Numbered from the stretch's first letter, positions 1-14,252 are shown. The stretch is 64,000 bases of DNA from Moniliella sp. 'wahieum' (GCA_003971905.1 RSEE01000011.1:682001-746000); one strand, 5' to 3'. Program-made: numbers and translations. The notes: generated from the sequence alone by a model not told the origin.

Positions 1-259
1 TGAGATGTTCGCGACGGTGCTGTAACCAACTTTGGCACCGTCTTAGTAGAAAAACAACAACGACTGTTGCCGGCAAATGGAGCCAGATGACGTCGACGAC
101 GGATAACGATGACTGTCATGCATCCCACTCCCAGGGGCATGGCCGAAGCGAAGGGGCGGTTATGGAGGAAGAGAAGGCCATACGGTGAGGCGTGGGTTGC
201 AGCCTCAAATTGCTGTCGCGACAAGCGTGAGGTCTTCTCTGCTACGTGCCTCCCCAGCC

Positions 260-445
260 CCACCCCGCTCATCCAGTCGATCAACCCATGTTCCAATCCC
301 TCATTTGCCCATGTTACTCGGCCTGTGCAGACTTACCGTGACAGATGGCGGAGGGCGTGTCAGCTACCTGTTGGGAGCGAAGGTGGAATATGACCAAGAG
401 GCCCGGACCTGCGCTCTTAGCCAACAGGGGTACGTGGAGAAGGCC
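260..445 (+). mobile_element. Degenerate Ty1/copia reverse transcriptase fragment
   Basis: Translation 'LTVTDGGGRVSYLLGAKVEYDQEARTCALSQQGYVEK' follows the copia RT pattern (D-G..YLG......LSQ..Y). The upstream 'IQSINPC' resembles the 'TQSLTEPC' motif of the intact element at ~23.6 kb. No LTR pair seen. Confidence 0.55.
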
Positions 446-959
446 TCTCGGGCAGAGAACAGAAGCAAAAGAGCGAGAGACACAGGATGCAAGATTGGAA
501 ATTGGAGCGAGGGTTTAGTTTAGTGCTAAGCCCCCCGATGACAGTAACACTTCCGTGAGCAATAGTTAGTAGTAGCTCCTTTGGCCTCACCCTCACCACC
601 CGGCCTTGCAAGCTCACCGAGGGGCTGAGAGGGCAGTGCTAGCATTCGCCTGCACGGTTCCCAATTAATTGATCGGCGACGCTGGCTGGCGCGTTTGCCT
701 CGTTCTCGTTTGCTCACGTCCGCTCACATTCGCTCCGAAAATGAAATGTGAAGGCGGGCGGCGGAGGAAGAACAAGTGGCGCAAATCACCCAAGCGGAAC
801 ACCAATTCCGCCCGCACTTCCCCCCCTGCCCGGCATGTTCGGGTCACCGGTCAGGCATCCCAATCATTCCTCCGGCGCGGAGGTTTAGGCTGACTTGCTA
901 AGGCAACTTCCTCATTTTTTGGTCCCCGCTCTTGTTCCTGTTCTTCCACCACCACCACC

Positions 960-1545
960 ATGTTTCCCGCACTCCGCTCCACCCTCTCGATAGGTGTTGC
1001 TGGACCCCGTCTCGGCGCTGCGTTCCAGCGGGGGCTTGCCACCTCGGCCCCTGCCAACCAATTCGCACGTCTATCCGTGATTGGGGAACTTACCAAGGTT
1101 ACGGACGTGCGCCACACGAAAGAAGGGCGGCCCTACCTCTTCTACACCGTTGCCACCAACGAGTATCCTGAACAGGGCGATTCGTCGAGACGCAGCTTCT
1201 TCCGCATTTATACCCAAGGTGCTTCGCAGATTCAGCATGTTCAGAAGTTGAACGTGGGCGATGTGGTCTCTTGCGAGGCGTCGGTCCGGATCGAGCAATC
1301 CCGCCAAGTGGATGCCGATGGACAGCGTCAACAACGCTTCCTTAATCTTCACCGTACGTTTTTCGCTTTCCTTCGTGTTCGTTGCTCCTAGATACGAAAC
1401 TAACCTTTGTGATTGATCATATTGATCAGGCCGAGTGAACACTATTGTGCCGCAGTCGCGCCTGGCATCCAAGGCGGACGAGGGGAAGGAGAATGTGGGG
1501 GACTCCGCTAATCAAGTGGAGTCTGAGCCTGCCAATGAGCCCTAG
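960..1545 (+). CDS. RIM1: Mitochondrial single-stranded DNA-binding protein (SSB/OB fold), 2 exons (960-1353, 1430-1545)
   Basis: Arg/Ser-rich transit-like N-terminus, then 'FARLSVIGEL...TKEGRPYLFYTVATN...SFFRI'. Intron GTACGT(1354)...CTAAC...CAG(1429) splices in frame to a TAG at 1543-1545. Confidence 0.8.
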
Positions 1546-2273
1546 AACAAGGAGGAGTCTATTTAGCAGACAGACGAGTCTGTTGGCAGCAAGTGAAGCC
1601 AATGAAGCTCGAAGGGCAAAGCAATTATGATATCTGAGACGGAGCGTTCTCCGATTCTGTTTGCCATTGCTGTGCTCCTGTGCCGTAGTGGACATGCACG
1701 GATGCGTGGTGGACGATGGACCAGGCCATGCTGCATTCGCTGTGTCCACGGCTACTTGGTTCCTCCCCACGGAAGCGTTAGTGATAAGAAGTGATGAAGT
1801 TGGCGTGGCTCGCATATAACGCAGCAGAAAAGAGAGAGTGAGATCTGCATGCTAGTGCCTCCTGCCCAGCCGAGCCTGTGATCGGTGCCCTGCTCCCACA
1901 TGCGGGTGCCCGGCGCATCTCGGGGATGGATGGGAAACGCCGGCAGGTGCAATAATGGATGGCAAAAAGGTTCTCTATTTGCGCATCGCGCGCATCCCGG
2001 GCAACCGCAAACCCCCGATCGCCGACAGCAGACAATATATATACGCGAGCACGCCGAGGAGAATATAAGCGAGCTGAGCTGCGCACCACGCCTTGCGTTT
2101 GGCGTTTGGACGGATCGAGCAGCGCTTGCGGGCGGCTGTCGCCGGAGACCCACGGCTGGTGACTTGTCCGGCACCCACCTCCCACCCCTGGACTGCTGGG
2201 CTCGTGGACGCCCGCACGCTTCATATGCCTCTGCCTCACCCACACCATCCCCACTTCGTTTTTGCACGCCGCC

Positions 2274-5200
2274 ATGCCCCGTCCAGCTCCCCTCCCCACC
2301 TCTGCCTCTGTGCCGTCGCCGCTTGCCAGTCTAGCCGCAGCGGTTCAGCGTGCCCATGCCCACCAGCACTCATCGGGCTCCTCCACTACCACCGTCACCA
2401 GCAGCACTGCCAGCACTCCCCGCCCGGTCCACTCCACTGCTAGTACGGCAGAGGAGCGTGCCCCCGCACCCCCGGTGCTTTGGGGCGCCGCTCACAGCAC
2501 TGTCTTCCCATCCTCTTCTACTTCTTCATCTCTGTCGGAGGTCAATGAGATAAGAGATCAGCATGTACCCACATCTCTCCCTGAGACGCTTGATCCGGAG
2601 CCCCTGTTGCAGCCTCAACAAGACCCAGCTCCTCTACCGGCCATTCAGACGGCCGATCTCCGCGTCAAGCTCCAACGGCCATCCCTCTGTCGCCACAAAG
2701 CATTTCTCTGGCACCCACCTCGGCGATTGAGGACTTGTCACTCGAATCGGCGGTGACCCATCCTTCCCCTGCAACCAATATCATGGCGACACGGTCCATC
2801 CCTCCTCAATTGGAGACGGTGCAAGCGTCCTCAGACGCCCAGCAAGAAGCTACCGAACTTGGCTTTGAGTACAGCGAGTCATTTGGGCAACGCATTTGTC
2901 AAGGTGATGTGAGAAATATGCCCCTCATATCAGGGCCCTCTGCTCCTGGGACCAGATCGTCTGGCTTTTATACGACTTCGCCCACCTCACACGCTGGTCC
3001 GCACGCATGGGCACAACACGGGAAGGACTACGATCTCCCCCCATCTGGGCGGCCTACGGAAGAGAACACTACAACTCTTTCTCTCACACCACACCTTGGG
3101 CAAACTGAGCGACATCTTACCGAAGGATCCGAAGGCGTCTTTTCGAACCAACACCAGCTTCAGTTACCTTTGAACGATCGCCTTCACGCCACCACGGATT
3201 CGACCAGCAATGTTTGGGCGGTTGATAATCGCGATCCCCCTGTAGGCCCCCATTCTTCAACCATGTCACAAGTACCGAGTGCTATGGCAATCAACAGTCA
3301 CACAACTGATACCTGCATGATGCGTTGGAGAGTACTGAGGGACAGCAGCGTCAGCACTTGCTAAAGTTATCTTCTTCGGCTTCCCATGGAACACGTTCAT
3401 TAAGGGCGTCTCCTACTTTCTCCCGCAGGAGGCCGGGGCTTCCCCTCCCCAGCACAGTGAGCGGATCCAATCAATCTCCTCCTCTCGGATTCGCTTCCCG
3501 GGTCTGGTGTGTCAACCCCAACAGAGTCCAGAGGGATCCTCCGTTCGTCAGTCATTCATGCTCGGGCCTCAACAGCCACACTCGTCGATTCTCACCGCAA
3601 ATCTCTGGCCTCTCTCTTGGACCCGGGCACCAAACCCAAGTCGTTCATGTCAACTCATCGTTCTAGCATGGCCACCCTTGTAGCCCCCACAGGGCACAAG
3701 AAGTCTATGTCGGATGACACCAAACTTGTTGGTGGCCCTCCAGGAGCTCCCCTGGAGGAACTCCTCCCCCCGGCGGCCCACCTGGGGGGAAACCTCCTCT
3801 TGAGTTTGGAAGTCATGACTTGTTCGACCCCAAGTTACGCCCTCTTTTTCGGCCCATCTTCAATGGCTATCTACCATTCATTGCCATTCTTTCCATCATT
3901 GTCGTATGGGCATCGTGCCCATCTTTGTAAGTATCATTTCCTTTCCATGGCGTACACACCTTTTCACCTTGGTTTTACTGTTTTAATGAGAAGTTTGAAA
4001 ACTGACACTCTGGATACTACACAACAGTGGGGATCGTTGTACAAGCTCACCAGTCGCGAGCTGGTAGGATTCGTGATCAACGGCGATCAAAACGACTACC
4101 AGATTGGTTCTACATTCGAAAACGCCTTTCTGAACAGTGATAACAAGTCCAACCCGGACCGTCTCCATTGGGAGCGCCGTTCACGGAACATGTTCCCCAA
4201 CAACGAAAGCATTATTCAGACCCTCAAGACCGACCAAAAGGCATGGATCGTCGTTCAGATTATGGACAATGCAACAACCTCTCTGCTTAACGCTCAAGCA
4301 ACTGGGTGATGGCAACTGGAATCCTCAAGGTGTAGTGACCATTTGGTACGCTACGGCACGCAACTACCAAGCTTTGCACGACAGCATTGTAGCCCCCACG
4401 AAAAAGATCTTGGTTGAGAGTATGGATGCGCTCAACTTGAACATCACTGCCACCTGGCTTGGCAACAGAGTAGCGGACAATGACAGTACGACCCTACGGA
4501 ACAATATCAACTTGGCCCTCGCTGCGCCTCAGACTATTGGCCACGCGGTTGACTTTACCGAGGTTGACGTGAATCCGTTTAATCAATCCGTCACGGTTGC
4601 CACCACCTTTGTTGGTTGATCTACATATTGCTCTTGGCATTCAACATTACCATGGCCCTCTTTGGTGCTCGGCAACCAATCCTTCCCTTTCTCAAGTTCA
4701 AGCACTTGCTTTTGCTGCGCTTGCTCATCCCTCTTGCTACCAACTTCTTGGTAGCGTTTCTCTTTAGTTTGATCAACCTCCCCTTCCACGTTTCTTTCCG
4801 GGGATACGGGCGGGTGGGTTCTTTGCCTTTTTTGCCATTATGTACACGGGCATGATGGTCCTCGGACTGTGCACTGAGGTCGCCCTCGAGATCCTCGGAC
4901 CCAAATTCGTTGCGTTTGGGTTACTTTTTCTTGTCATTCTCAACGTCTCGGGAGCGGGTACCCAATCCCGATGCTCAACACGTTTTACCGCATCTCGTAC
5001 GCTATGCCCTTTTACAACTTGCGCAAAGCGTTTCTCGCTTTGCTCTACGACCAAGGGAAAGGGATAGATATTTTCATCAGTTGGGTCATCTTGGCCGCTT
5101 GGCTCGTCCCTCCTCGCCCTCTTTCCCTATTTGGTTTGGCGCGAACAAAAGAAAGCCATCCAGATGCGCAAAGCGGCTCAGGCGGGTGTTGGGCCGGGGG

Positions 5201-5427
5201 GACCTCCCCTTGGTCCACCATCGGGTCCACCTTCCGCTCCCCCACCCAACGTGGCTCCTCGCGCTGCTCCTGACGCTACGGTCCCAACGAAGGCTCAAGA
5301 TCAAATGGGATTGCGTACCGAGAAGAATCTGCCCCCCCTTCCCCCGGATGATGATCCGTCGCTGGCCCCCCTGGGGATCCTTGAGCGTGCACGGCCCCCG
5401 CACACCGAAGAGGTGCAGGAAGCCTAG
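2274..5427 (+). CDS. SNG1-like / DUF3533 multi-pass membrane protein (frameshifted in this assembly)
   Basis: Consecutive ORF pieces give 'TIWYATARN', 'LIYILLLAF', 'LLLRLLIPL', 'LFLVILNVS' and 'FYRISYAMPFYN', typical of the fungal SNG1 family. There is a long Ser/Pro-rich N-terminal extension; the start is uncertain. Confidence 0.7.
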
Positions 5428-6313
5428 TTTTCGTTTTCCTTCTCAACTTGTTCTGTTGCCCACATAGAGGCTTTCAAACCAGTTTCCTACATGATGTGGA
5501 TGACCTTTGTTGGTGTCTCGGGTGTTTGCGTGAGAGGCGTCGCGAACGTTGGCTCTTTCAATCGATCTCGTTTCCCAAGCCGGTTTTGATGGGATTTTGA
5601 GATCCTCTGACGAACGGTTATGTTTTCTTCTGTTCTACACTGAGGTACTGAGTCCTGAAAGACGCCGTCGACGGTACCTCGGTTACCCTTACCCTTTGAC
5701 CTTACCTTTTGACCTTACCTTAGACCTTAACTATTAGTATACTGCCATGAGGCCTGAGGCTCAGGCCCCACATGTCACATGTCACACTCCCACATACTAT
5801 GCTGGCATTTCTTTCATCACCCCTTTTACGCTCCTGTTGACTCATCCAACAGACAACAAGTCGAACTGGGCGTGAGTACTCAGACTGAGTACTGAGTGGA
5901 TCCATCAACTTACTGATGGTCAAGCGCGGACCAGGCTACCCAGTTACTCATCAGTAGACGTAGTAGCGCTCTTCTTCCCTTCCTTTTCTTTTCTCTGTGA
6001 GACCTGCTGCGCGCTGAGCTTTCCGTCCTCCTTTCTTCAATGCCATGACTTTGGACGCGCTACTACACGCTACGAATTACGATTGGCACATCCCAAAACG
6101 CGCAAACTGTGTAGAGCACACATTGCATATTCGAGAGATGCATTGCACGCATGGGAATGCGATCGACGAGGAGGAAAGTGGTAAAAGTACTCATCAGATT
6201 TCTGCTCCATGAACGTGCATGAACGAGCATGAACGTCCAACACGTCCAACACGTTGAAACCGTAGTATCCTTCGCGGAAGGGACACTCGTCACTTGACCG
6301 GTCGCGGTCCCGG

Positions 6314-9300
6314 TCACAACGCGTCGCCCGCACTGGCCGGCCGGCGCAGTGCGCGAACGCGGTGAATCGGGTTCCGTCTGGCAGGCGTAGGGCATCGGAG
6401 GCAGTGGCTGATGTGGCGGTGGATCACGCGTACTTCCTCTCGTCGGGATAGGCAAGGAAGAAGTAGCAACAGTAGCTGCAGGAGCGTAAGGGGAGGAAAA
6501 AGATACGCTAGACCGTCTAGGTCCGTCGCCGTTGCTTCCTGCCCGTTGCCGTGGTACGGTGGGAGGGACCAAGCGCCAGCGCACATCAGAGGAGGAGGTA
6601 GGTGTCTCGCCGTTTCTTTCGACTGAGGTCGGTGGGATGCAGGGTGGGTAGTAGCCTCGGTGCCGAGGGTGAGTTGGCCTTGGCTCATCGTACCCAATGA
6701 CGAGGATCGGAACTTGTTCTCTTCTTGTTCGTTCGTACTAGCCTACCTTTTTGGCCGGGCAGATCGTCCCCCGTGCTCGGTGTTGGGATAGGTAGCGTCG
6801 GGGATCGCACCGTCGGTTGTACCTTCCACTCGGCGCGTCGAGGTCGCGTTCGTGCTGGACCAGAAGGGTCTAGGTGCGCGAGCGATTCGAGTCCACGTGC
6901 ATGGGTTGTGATCCCTGTGCAGACGGTACACAGTTCGGTCCAAGGATCGGATGGTGGAGGAGGACGTTCTAGGTGGGCTTTGGAAATAAATGCAGAATCA
7001 GAACCAGAAGCAGGAGAAGGAGAATGAGCTGAAGCAGACCCTAAAGCAGACGTAGAAGTCGAGACAGCCGCAGAAGTGGAAGCAGGGATGGGAAGCGCAG
7101 TGGAAGCAGGGCTGGAAGTAGGCGTGAAAGATGAGGAAGAAGAGAGCTATTCTCCATGCCCGTTACCCCTTCGGCCAAAGTGGCAAGCAAGATGCGTTCT
7201 TTTCGAAGGTAACTTTCTTCGTCCATCCTGCGAGGGGAGGCAAGAGGGGGGCCTTGGCCCCCTAGTGGACGGAACCGTAGGTGACGCCATGCATCGTCGT
7301 CATTCAGCGTCGTCTGAACTGGGGCAGGAAACTGGTATTGCGTTCCTCGGTCGTGACGGTCCCCTTTGGGACAGCAGCCGACGCAAAAGAGGAAGAGGGG
7401 AAAGAGGGAAAGAAGGGTGAGGAGGAGAGACGGTCAATCAGTAGCTTGTAAGCACCAGCTTGGGCGTTGATAAAGGGCTTGCAGCGTGTAAAATGGCCGC
7501 TTTGGATCCAAGGGAAGAAGGTCTGCCCGAGCCCATCAGTGCTAGCGCCGGTGTCTTGTTACTCTCACTCTTCCCTTCCTTGCGCCCGTTGTCCGGGTGG
7601 GCCATCATCAGAAACACTTTGGCCAGCAGGGTGAGGATTTGTTGCGTCTCGTTGGCCCCAGATGGCGGCATGGCCACCAACTGAAATCGATGCGGTGTGG
7701 TCAGGGCCGGTCCGAGCAGACGGAGCACGAGAAAGGAACTGACGCATTGTCGTCCCACCTCGACTTGGCCCGTATGCGCCACGCTGGAAGCCCGAACGTC
7801 AGCTAATAGCTGACACAACGACCGAGGCACTTTATGCGCGTGCGCTTGTAAGCTCGCCCAGATCGTAGCTACCAACGCGAGGAACTGGGTGAGGGGCCGA
7901 TTGGCTTTTGATTCAGCTTCAGCTTCTGCTTCTGTTTCTGCTTCTGGCACACTGGCTTGTCCGGAAACAGAGAAGGAAGCGGGCACAGAAGCTGCCCTGT
8001 CATCTTCTCGCGGTGCAATCCCACCTGCTTCCGCTTCGCCGAGCGCCAGCAACCCTGCTTGGTCCAGTTCCCATTCGCCATGGACTAGGCGGCGTAGAAT
8101 GGGCCCAAGGGAAGCTTGGAGCCACGCTTCGCATGCGAGTTTTGGTACTCGTCCAGCGCACGGGTAAAGGGCGAGTTGGCGCTACCTCATCCCCAACCCC
8201 CCACAATTAGCGTGTGCGAGACGATAAGGAGTCAGTTCTAATATAAGATGAACCCGGGGCACGGTGGGGATCGAGCCACTCACCGAAACAAAAGCTGCGA
8301 TGGACCATCGAGCTCACTCTCCTCTTGGCGAAACAATTCGAACAATACAGCTTCTGCCTCGCCGACCCAGGCATAGTACTGCATCAGCAGCGGGGTCAAG
8401 ATTGGTGCTTGCGCGCAGAGCGTGCGGACTAGCCTAGCCCGCTGCGTACTCGATAAGATTGCTTTGAGTGCGCATAGTTTTCTGTAGGTAGCAACGCGGT
8501 GCGCACACCCCGAAGTGACAGACGGATCTGGCCGAGGGGAGGTACGCGGTACCCCCTTCCTTCTTCGCTGCATCCCCCTTCTCCCTCTTCCCTCTTCCCT
8601 TTCGACGTGGAGGAAAAAAAGCTAGTAGCGCGCGGAGCGGGATAAAGGTCGAACCAGCCTTCGACCTGGTTGAGTGGCGTAGCATCGTGCTGCTGAGCTT
8701 GCCATACTTTGGAAAGAGGAATCTGTGTTCCAGCTATGGGATGGAGAAGCGTCATGCCTGTCGGCGTGACCAGACGGTACACCACCTCAACACGAAGCAC
8801 GGTGCTCTGAGGCCCCACATCGTCAAAGCAGAACGTTTGCAACCAAAACGGTCCTTCGTCCAAGGTGCACAATTTGCTGCGGCCGACCCAGGTGTCGTCG
8901 AGGAATACACGTAGGCCAACAACGCTTGGTCAGGCACCAGGTCAAATCCGTACTTTTTCCACACAGAGGTGGACCGTGAGCTAGGGTACGCAGTGTTGCC
9001 AGGGGGAGGGTGTCCGTTGTGTGTTCGGACGCAACGAGGGGGACACGATAGGGTCAGCGCACTCGAGTCGGGCGGAAGAGCGGGATCGGCAAGGGTGCGG
9101 GCAGGTAGCAGAGGGCTTCGGTGAGGTGCAGTTGCTGTATGGGCAGTATGGAAGAGGTATGGGTCCGAGGAGACACGAGAGAGCGAGGCAGGTTGGGAGG
9201 AGGAGCTGGTGGAAGGTGCACGCGTCAGGCTGGTGCCTCGAGCTTCATATACTGTCAAGCGGAGGGAGCGGTAGACTGGAAACGGGGACAGGATGGCGCT

Positions 9301-10137
9301 GTTGTTGAGTCGGGAAGAGGTGTCGTCGGGGCGGAGGCGAGGTCGGGGTCGGGGGAAGGACTGCTGCTAATAGGACGGTGAGACAGATGGACTTCTTTTG
9401 CGGAAGCAAGATGAGGGAGACGCGATGAGGAAGACGTAGCGGTCGTATTAGAGGGTGATGGAAGAGAAGATGCTTTCAAGGGAAGAGGATAATACAGTTC
9501 GGGCATAGTGTGGGCGCGAAGGGGGCTTGCCACTTGGTTAGCTTGGCGCGCGTCAAGAAGGAAAATAAGAATGTGCCCTGGCCGGAAGACCTGGGGGAAA
9601 CAGAAGGTAGGAAAGAGCGTGAGATAGATGGTGGAGAGGGGACTTTCGGGTGGTGGACGAAGAAGATAAGGATTCTTCTTGAGCGACACGTGTTGATACG
9701 GACAAGACATAGGGCAGCAAAAAACATCGACGGATCTACCCACGTCACTTCCCACTCCCACAGCTGCCCAAGGGGGAGTGGAACTGGTTTGGGTCGTCGG
9801 GATCCGACGCAGGGTAGGGTACATGCAACGTTGCGCCTGACGTGTCGACTTGGAGGTGGAGCTGGATCGGGTGCCAAGCGCCGGCTGCCTGAGCTGGCCA
9901 TGGGGCAGCGCTGTGGCCAGAGAAAGACACAAGGGGGACATTGGTCAGTGCGAGTGCACCAGCGAAAGAGGGGATGACATACGCTGGCTATGCTCCATGC
10001 CGTCAACGCGGGGGTGAGGGTGGGAGGGAGAGGAGGTTGGGCGGCGGTGCGAGGCGGCGGATGCTGTGGCGCAAGCGTGGCCGGGGGAAGGTGACGGGGC
10101 TGGGGGAGGCAGTGGGGGAGGCGACCCAAGAGGACAT
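6314..10137 (-). CDS. Ras GTPase-activating protein with C2-like domain (multi-exon, frameshifted; ends approximate)
   Basis: RasGAP signature 'SSFLVLRLLGPALTTPHRFQL...ILTLLAKVF' (7438-8052). An arginine-finger-like 'LLFR' ends at a GTGAGT donor (~8285). C2-like 'PFWLQTFCF...LRVEV...IPL...EGWFDL' lies in 8429-8872. Confidence 0.7.
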
Positions 10138-10773
10138 GGCAGTGCCGGGAGGAGGCGGCGGTGGCGGTGCGGGCGGTGGCGGTGGTGGCGGTGGCGGTGA
10201 GCGGCATGGGATGGTGTCGTCCTCTTCAGCCGGCGGGGTGGCATTGGCGGGGGAGGGGGAGGGCCAATCCTTAATCCAAGGGCAAGCAAAAGCGACGCTT
10301 ATTGGATCCTCCGTCGGCTCGCGTGCATCTCCCCCACCCCGCCTCACTGCGGCCCCGTGCCCGCCTGCGCACCCGCCGTCCGCCACGCACCACGACTGCC
10401 CCCCTGCGCAGACGCACACCCCAGGATCCAGATGGGAGGGTGTGCGCCCTGGCCACGTCCTCGCCTCGCTCCCCGCCCCCACATGGCCCCCCAACCACCA
10501 CCCATCCAACGCTCGCCGCTCCTTCGGCACTCTACACCACGTACGCCACGCCACCAAGTGAAAGCAACCAATGACATGCAGACAGGCGACAGGACGGCGC
10601 GACACATATATAAAGACAGAACACAGTACCCCCCCCACAAAACCACAATCATAAGAGACACCGGAACCGGAGGAGGAACGAACAGGGCCCACCAGGACAA
10701 ACAGTAAATAAAAAGGTAAACAAAACGTAGCAGGAGCGCCAGTTAAGCTAGTCAAGCTTCAAGCTTCGCCGAA

Positions 10774-13231
10774 TTAGGCCGAGGGAGCAACGGCCAAATA
10801 CTTGCCTGCCACGGTCGACCGCACACAGGGCATCCACACCACCTCCTCCTGCTCGGCCTCATACACCTGCGCAGCCTTTTGCTCGCCAAGGCGGGTGAGA
10901 AGGAGGGAGGATAAAGTGCGTCCATCCATACGCCACCCGACTGAAACTGGCTGCGGTTGTGGCGGGACGAGGGAATCGATACGGGCAAGGATACGGTGCG
11001 CCTCGATGCCCTGAGGAGAAGGTACAGACCAACTTAACGTCTCGCTCTTTTCGTCCCACAGCCCGGAAGGCTTGGACCGCGCAGCGTCCACCCGCACGCC
11101 CACGGGCGCACGGAAAGTCAGTTGGTCCAAAGGCATAGACGAGGACGAGGTAGACATGTCTTCCCCGCCCTCCCGCCCTCCCCGCCCTCCGCGCTACTCT
11201 CAACGTACCCGCCATGGCCAGCGCAGCAATTCCCATTGAGAGCGTACTGAATCACCATGCTGCCCCCGCCCGGCTCGGTACGCCAATGCACGCCCACGTG
11301 AAGCGGCACACTGTTCTCCTCGCAGCGGGGCACAACCACGTACTTGAACAAGGGCAAGCTGACTTTTTGTTGTACCCCAGGCTGGGGCTGGTCAGACGCG
11401 TGGGCGATAGACGCACGCTGCGCAGCTTCCCAAACCGCATTCAAGTCCAACAAGTAATCGTAATCCTTCGTGTCTCTCACTTTCCCTGCGGGTAGAAGCT
11501 TGGACAGCATGCACAAAGTCCGGATGCGGCGTGAGACGGTCCACTTGGTCCCCCCCCGTTAGGCGGAGCGGTACGATCGCCTTTTTCCCCTGCCTGATCC
11601 GAGTGCGAGTGCGGTTCCAGCCAATCCGTCCCAGGAACGATCGAGATTCGTACCTCGCCCGTGATGAGCAGCCGCCGGACCTGTGCGCCAGCAACCAATG
11701 CGTTCACGGTCTCTGTCACGCTGGGCTCGATGGTCAGCAGGCGTCTCGGATTGCTCCCTGCCGCCGCAGAGAAGGGCAGAGGCAGGGGCAGGGGCAGGGG
11801 GACCGGCGCGTGGCGCAATGGCGAGGAAGAAAGAGGTGGGGCAAACGTATCCCCCAGAGGAGACGATGCGGCGGATGTAACCGAGGACCTAGGGAGCGAC
11901 GAAGTGGAGGGTAGAACGTCGTTGTGAAGCCTGAGGGGCGGGAAGAAAAAGGGCATGCAGTTAGCAAAGGGTGGGTCCATGTAGAAATCCTGCAGAGATA
12001 CCAGGAAGAAGAAAGACGTACAATGGCGCTTGGTCATCATCGCTAGGCAAGGTCAAGGGTGTCGAAGCGGATGCCGTGCGGGACGTGACCCCCGGAAGAG
12101 AGAAACTGTCTAGCACTTTGTTACTGGATTCCTTGGTTCCCTTTCCGGTGCTTCGTACGGAGTTGGCCTGTGCCCGCCATTTGAGCACAGCCGCCGTCTT
12201 GGATGGTCGGGGGGTAACGCGTACTTCCTCTGCAAACACGGGCTGCGGTGGCGGCGGCGGCGTACGGCCCCGTGGCGGTGTCACCCCCGGTTGGGTCCCC
12301 ACGGCGTCTGCACAACAGAAGGGTGATTTACCTCCTCGTCCGAGCTGCTGGGCAAGGAGATGTCAGCGACCAAATCGGGCCGACGCAAGGCCAGCGGCGA
12401 GTTGGATGCGGAAGTGGAAGTGAAGCAAGCAGAAGCAGAGGCCGAAGCAGAAGCAGAAGCAAATGCAGCGCGAGACTTTTAGGCGTGAGGCGGTAAGCCA
12501 GATTGTGGACTTCAATGGACCCAGTACCGTGGGTACGATAAATTTGGCGTAACGTATCGTCTCTTACTACGCCTTCCCACCTGCTTCACCCGGTTCGATG
12601 CATGCCCGTTTATCGAACCGGGGCAGGGCGGGGGTACCGGCACGCCCGCGGGACCCGCGGGACCCGTACGGGTTCCAGCATCAGATCCAGGTCCAGCTCC
12701 AGGTGCAGATGCAGGCCCAGATGCAAGTGTAGGTACAGGTGCAGGTCCTGTACCCCCACGTTGGAGGAGATGGATTGGGACTTTTCCGCCGTCGGGACAT
12801 TAAGCTGCTCAGGGTGGAAGAGCGCTTGAGTGGGTCCGGTACAGGTGGTACAGAAGATACAGATGGAACATTTGGATTGGCAGATTCGCCAGGTGCAGAA
12901 GCAGTGGCTGCCATGGTATGGGCAACTCCACGTGCCTCGTCAGGTCCACACGACCTCCCGCGTCGTCCGACCGGCCTGGCCTTGCCAAATTTACTAAACG
13001 CCGTCTTGAGCGGGTTGACATAGTCGTCATGCAGATCGCGCAGCGACGTGATGGAACGCGAAGGACGAAGTGCGTGGCCATGAGAATAACCATGAGAATG
13101 GTCATGGGAATAGGAATGGCCATGGGAAGGGGAAGGGGAATGGGGATGGTGGTCCGTTGTTGAGCTCAGATGACCCATCGAAGCGGCGGCTGCGTGCTGC
13201 TGCATCACACTCGGGGCTGGAGAGACGGCAT
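10774..13231 (-). CDS. Muniscin-family protein with C-terminal mu-homology domain (SYP1/FCHO-like); start approximate
   Basis: 'SVTETVNAL...LITGEVRI', 'LFKYVV', 'PLHVGVHWRTE...IQYALN', 'SKPSGLWD...LSW' and terminal 'VAGKYLA' match the muniscin muHD. The N-terminal half is low complexity. Confidence 0.75.
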
Positions 13232-14252
13232 TGGGAGGTACCGTGGCTTTGAGGTGGGGACGCGATGAGTGGAGTAGGGGAAGATAAGTTCAGGTAAAGA
13301 GGGTGCGAAAGGCTGTGAGGCAACAGACGCGGGAAGTCCCTTCTCATTCTGATTCTGATTCTGATTCCCATTTGATTCCCATTCTCCCGCTCGGTATTCT
13401 TTCCCATCGCAACATCGGAAAGCAGAGGCGGAGGCGGAGGTGGAGGTCTGTACGAGAAGGAGGAAGCAGGGGCTGCAGCAGGCGCAGTCAGGCAGGCTAG
13501 GTGCTGGCGTGCAGCCAGCTCGGTGGCCGAGTGCATCTTGTGCGCTGCAGTGGAGAGAGAGTCGGGGGCGGAAGAATGGACCAAGGGTTGGACGGAAGTA
13601 GAGAGTGTATGGGCGAGGGTGGCATGTGTATCGGCCATGCGGCCCAGTGCGAGGGGCAGGGGCACAAGCAGCTGGCGCCAGCGGCGGACAAAGCTGGTGC
13701 GTGGCGCTGGACACAGGACGCAAGGGCCGCGCGTACTGGGCCTCGAGCGCGGCGCACTCGCTGATAAAGTCCCCCGCGGCGGGGCAGCAGCGCAGGCGAG
13801 GCGGCGCCAGGTGCATCCATGCGGGGCAGAGGTGGTGGTGGGAAGAGGACGGCACTGGCCAGCAAGCGGCCGCAAGAGCCGGGGTGGGATCTTCGGGCGG
13901 CTGTGGAGCCGAGCAAGGCGAGCACACAGGCAGCACAGCCATCCGTCGACATCCTCCCTCCCGCTCCCATCAAACAAGCGATCGATCACTGGCGCGTGAT
14001 GTGCCTGTGATTGGGTGTGATGGGCGTGATACGCCACCCACACGTGGCACGTCGGGCTGCCTGACCCAGTCACGTGTCCCATCCCACCTGCTGGCCGCTC
14101 ACCATTTCAATCCCGCAGGCACGTTGCACCGACTGCGGGCATGCATCGTCCTGTGCCTTTCTTTTTCGGCCTGGACGAGTCACTCACAGGAAAACATTTT
14201 CCCCAGCAGCCTCTTGCAGCAGCCCCTCGGCCCCCACCGCCCACTGCTAGCC

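Noticed and set aside
5682..5730. CCTTAC/CCTTTGA repeats resembling telomeric sequence
   Set aside because: Not a TTAGGG/CCCTAA array; a short degenerate minisatellite in an intergenic region.
9941..10755. Overlapping Gly/Pro-rich ORFs on both strands
   Set aside because: GC-rich low-complexity sequence near the RasGAP 5' end; no domain evidence.
13102..14082. 326-aa and other long ORFs between the muHD gene and SEN54
   Set aside because: No recognisable motifs; most likely GC-rich UTR or divergent promoter sequence.
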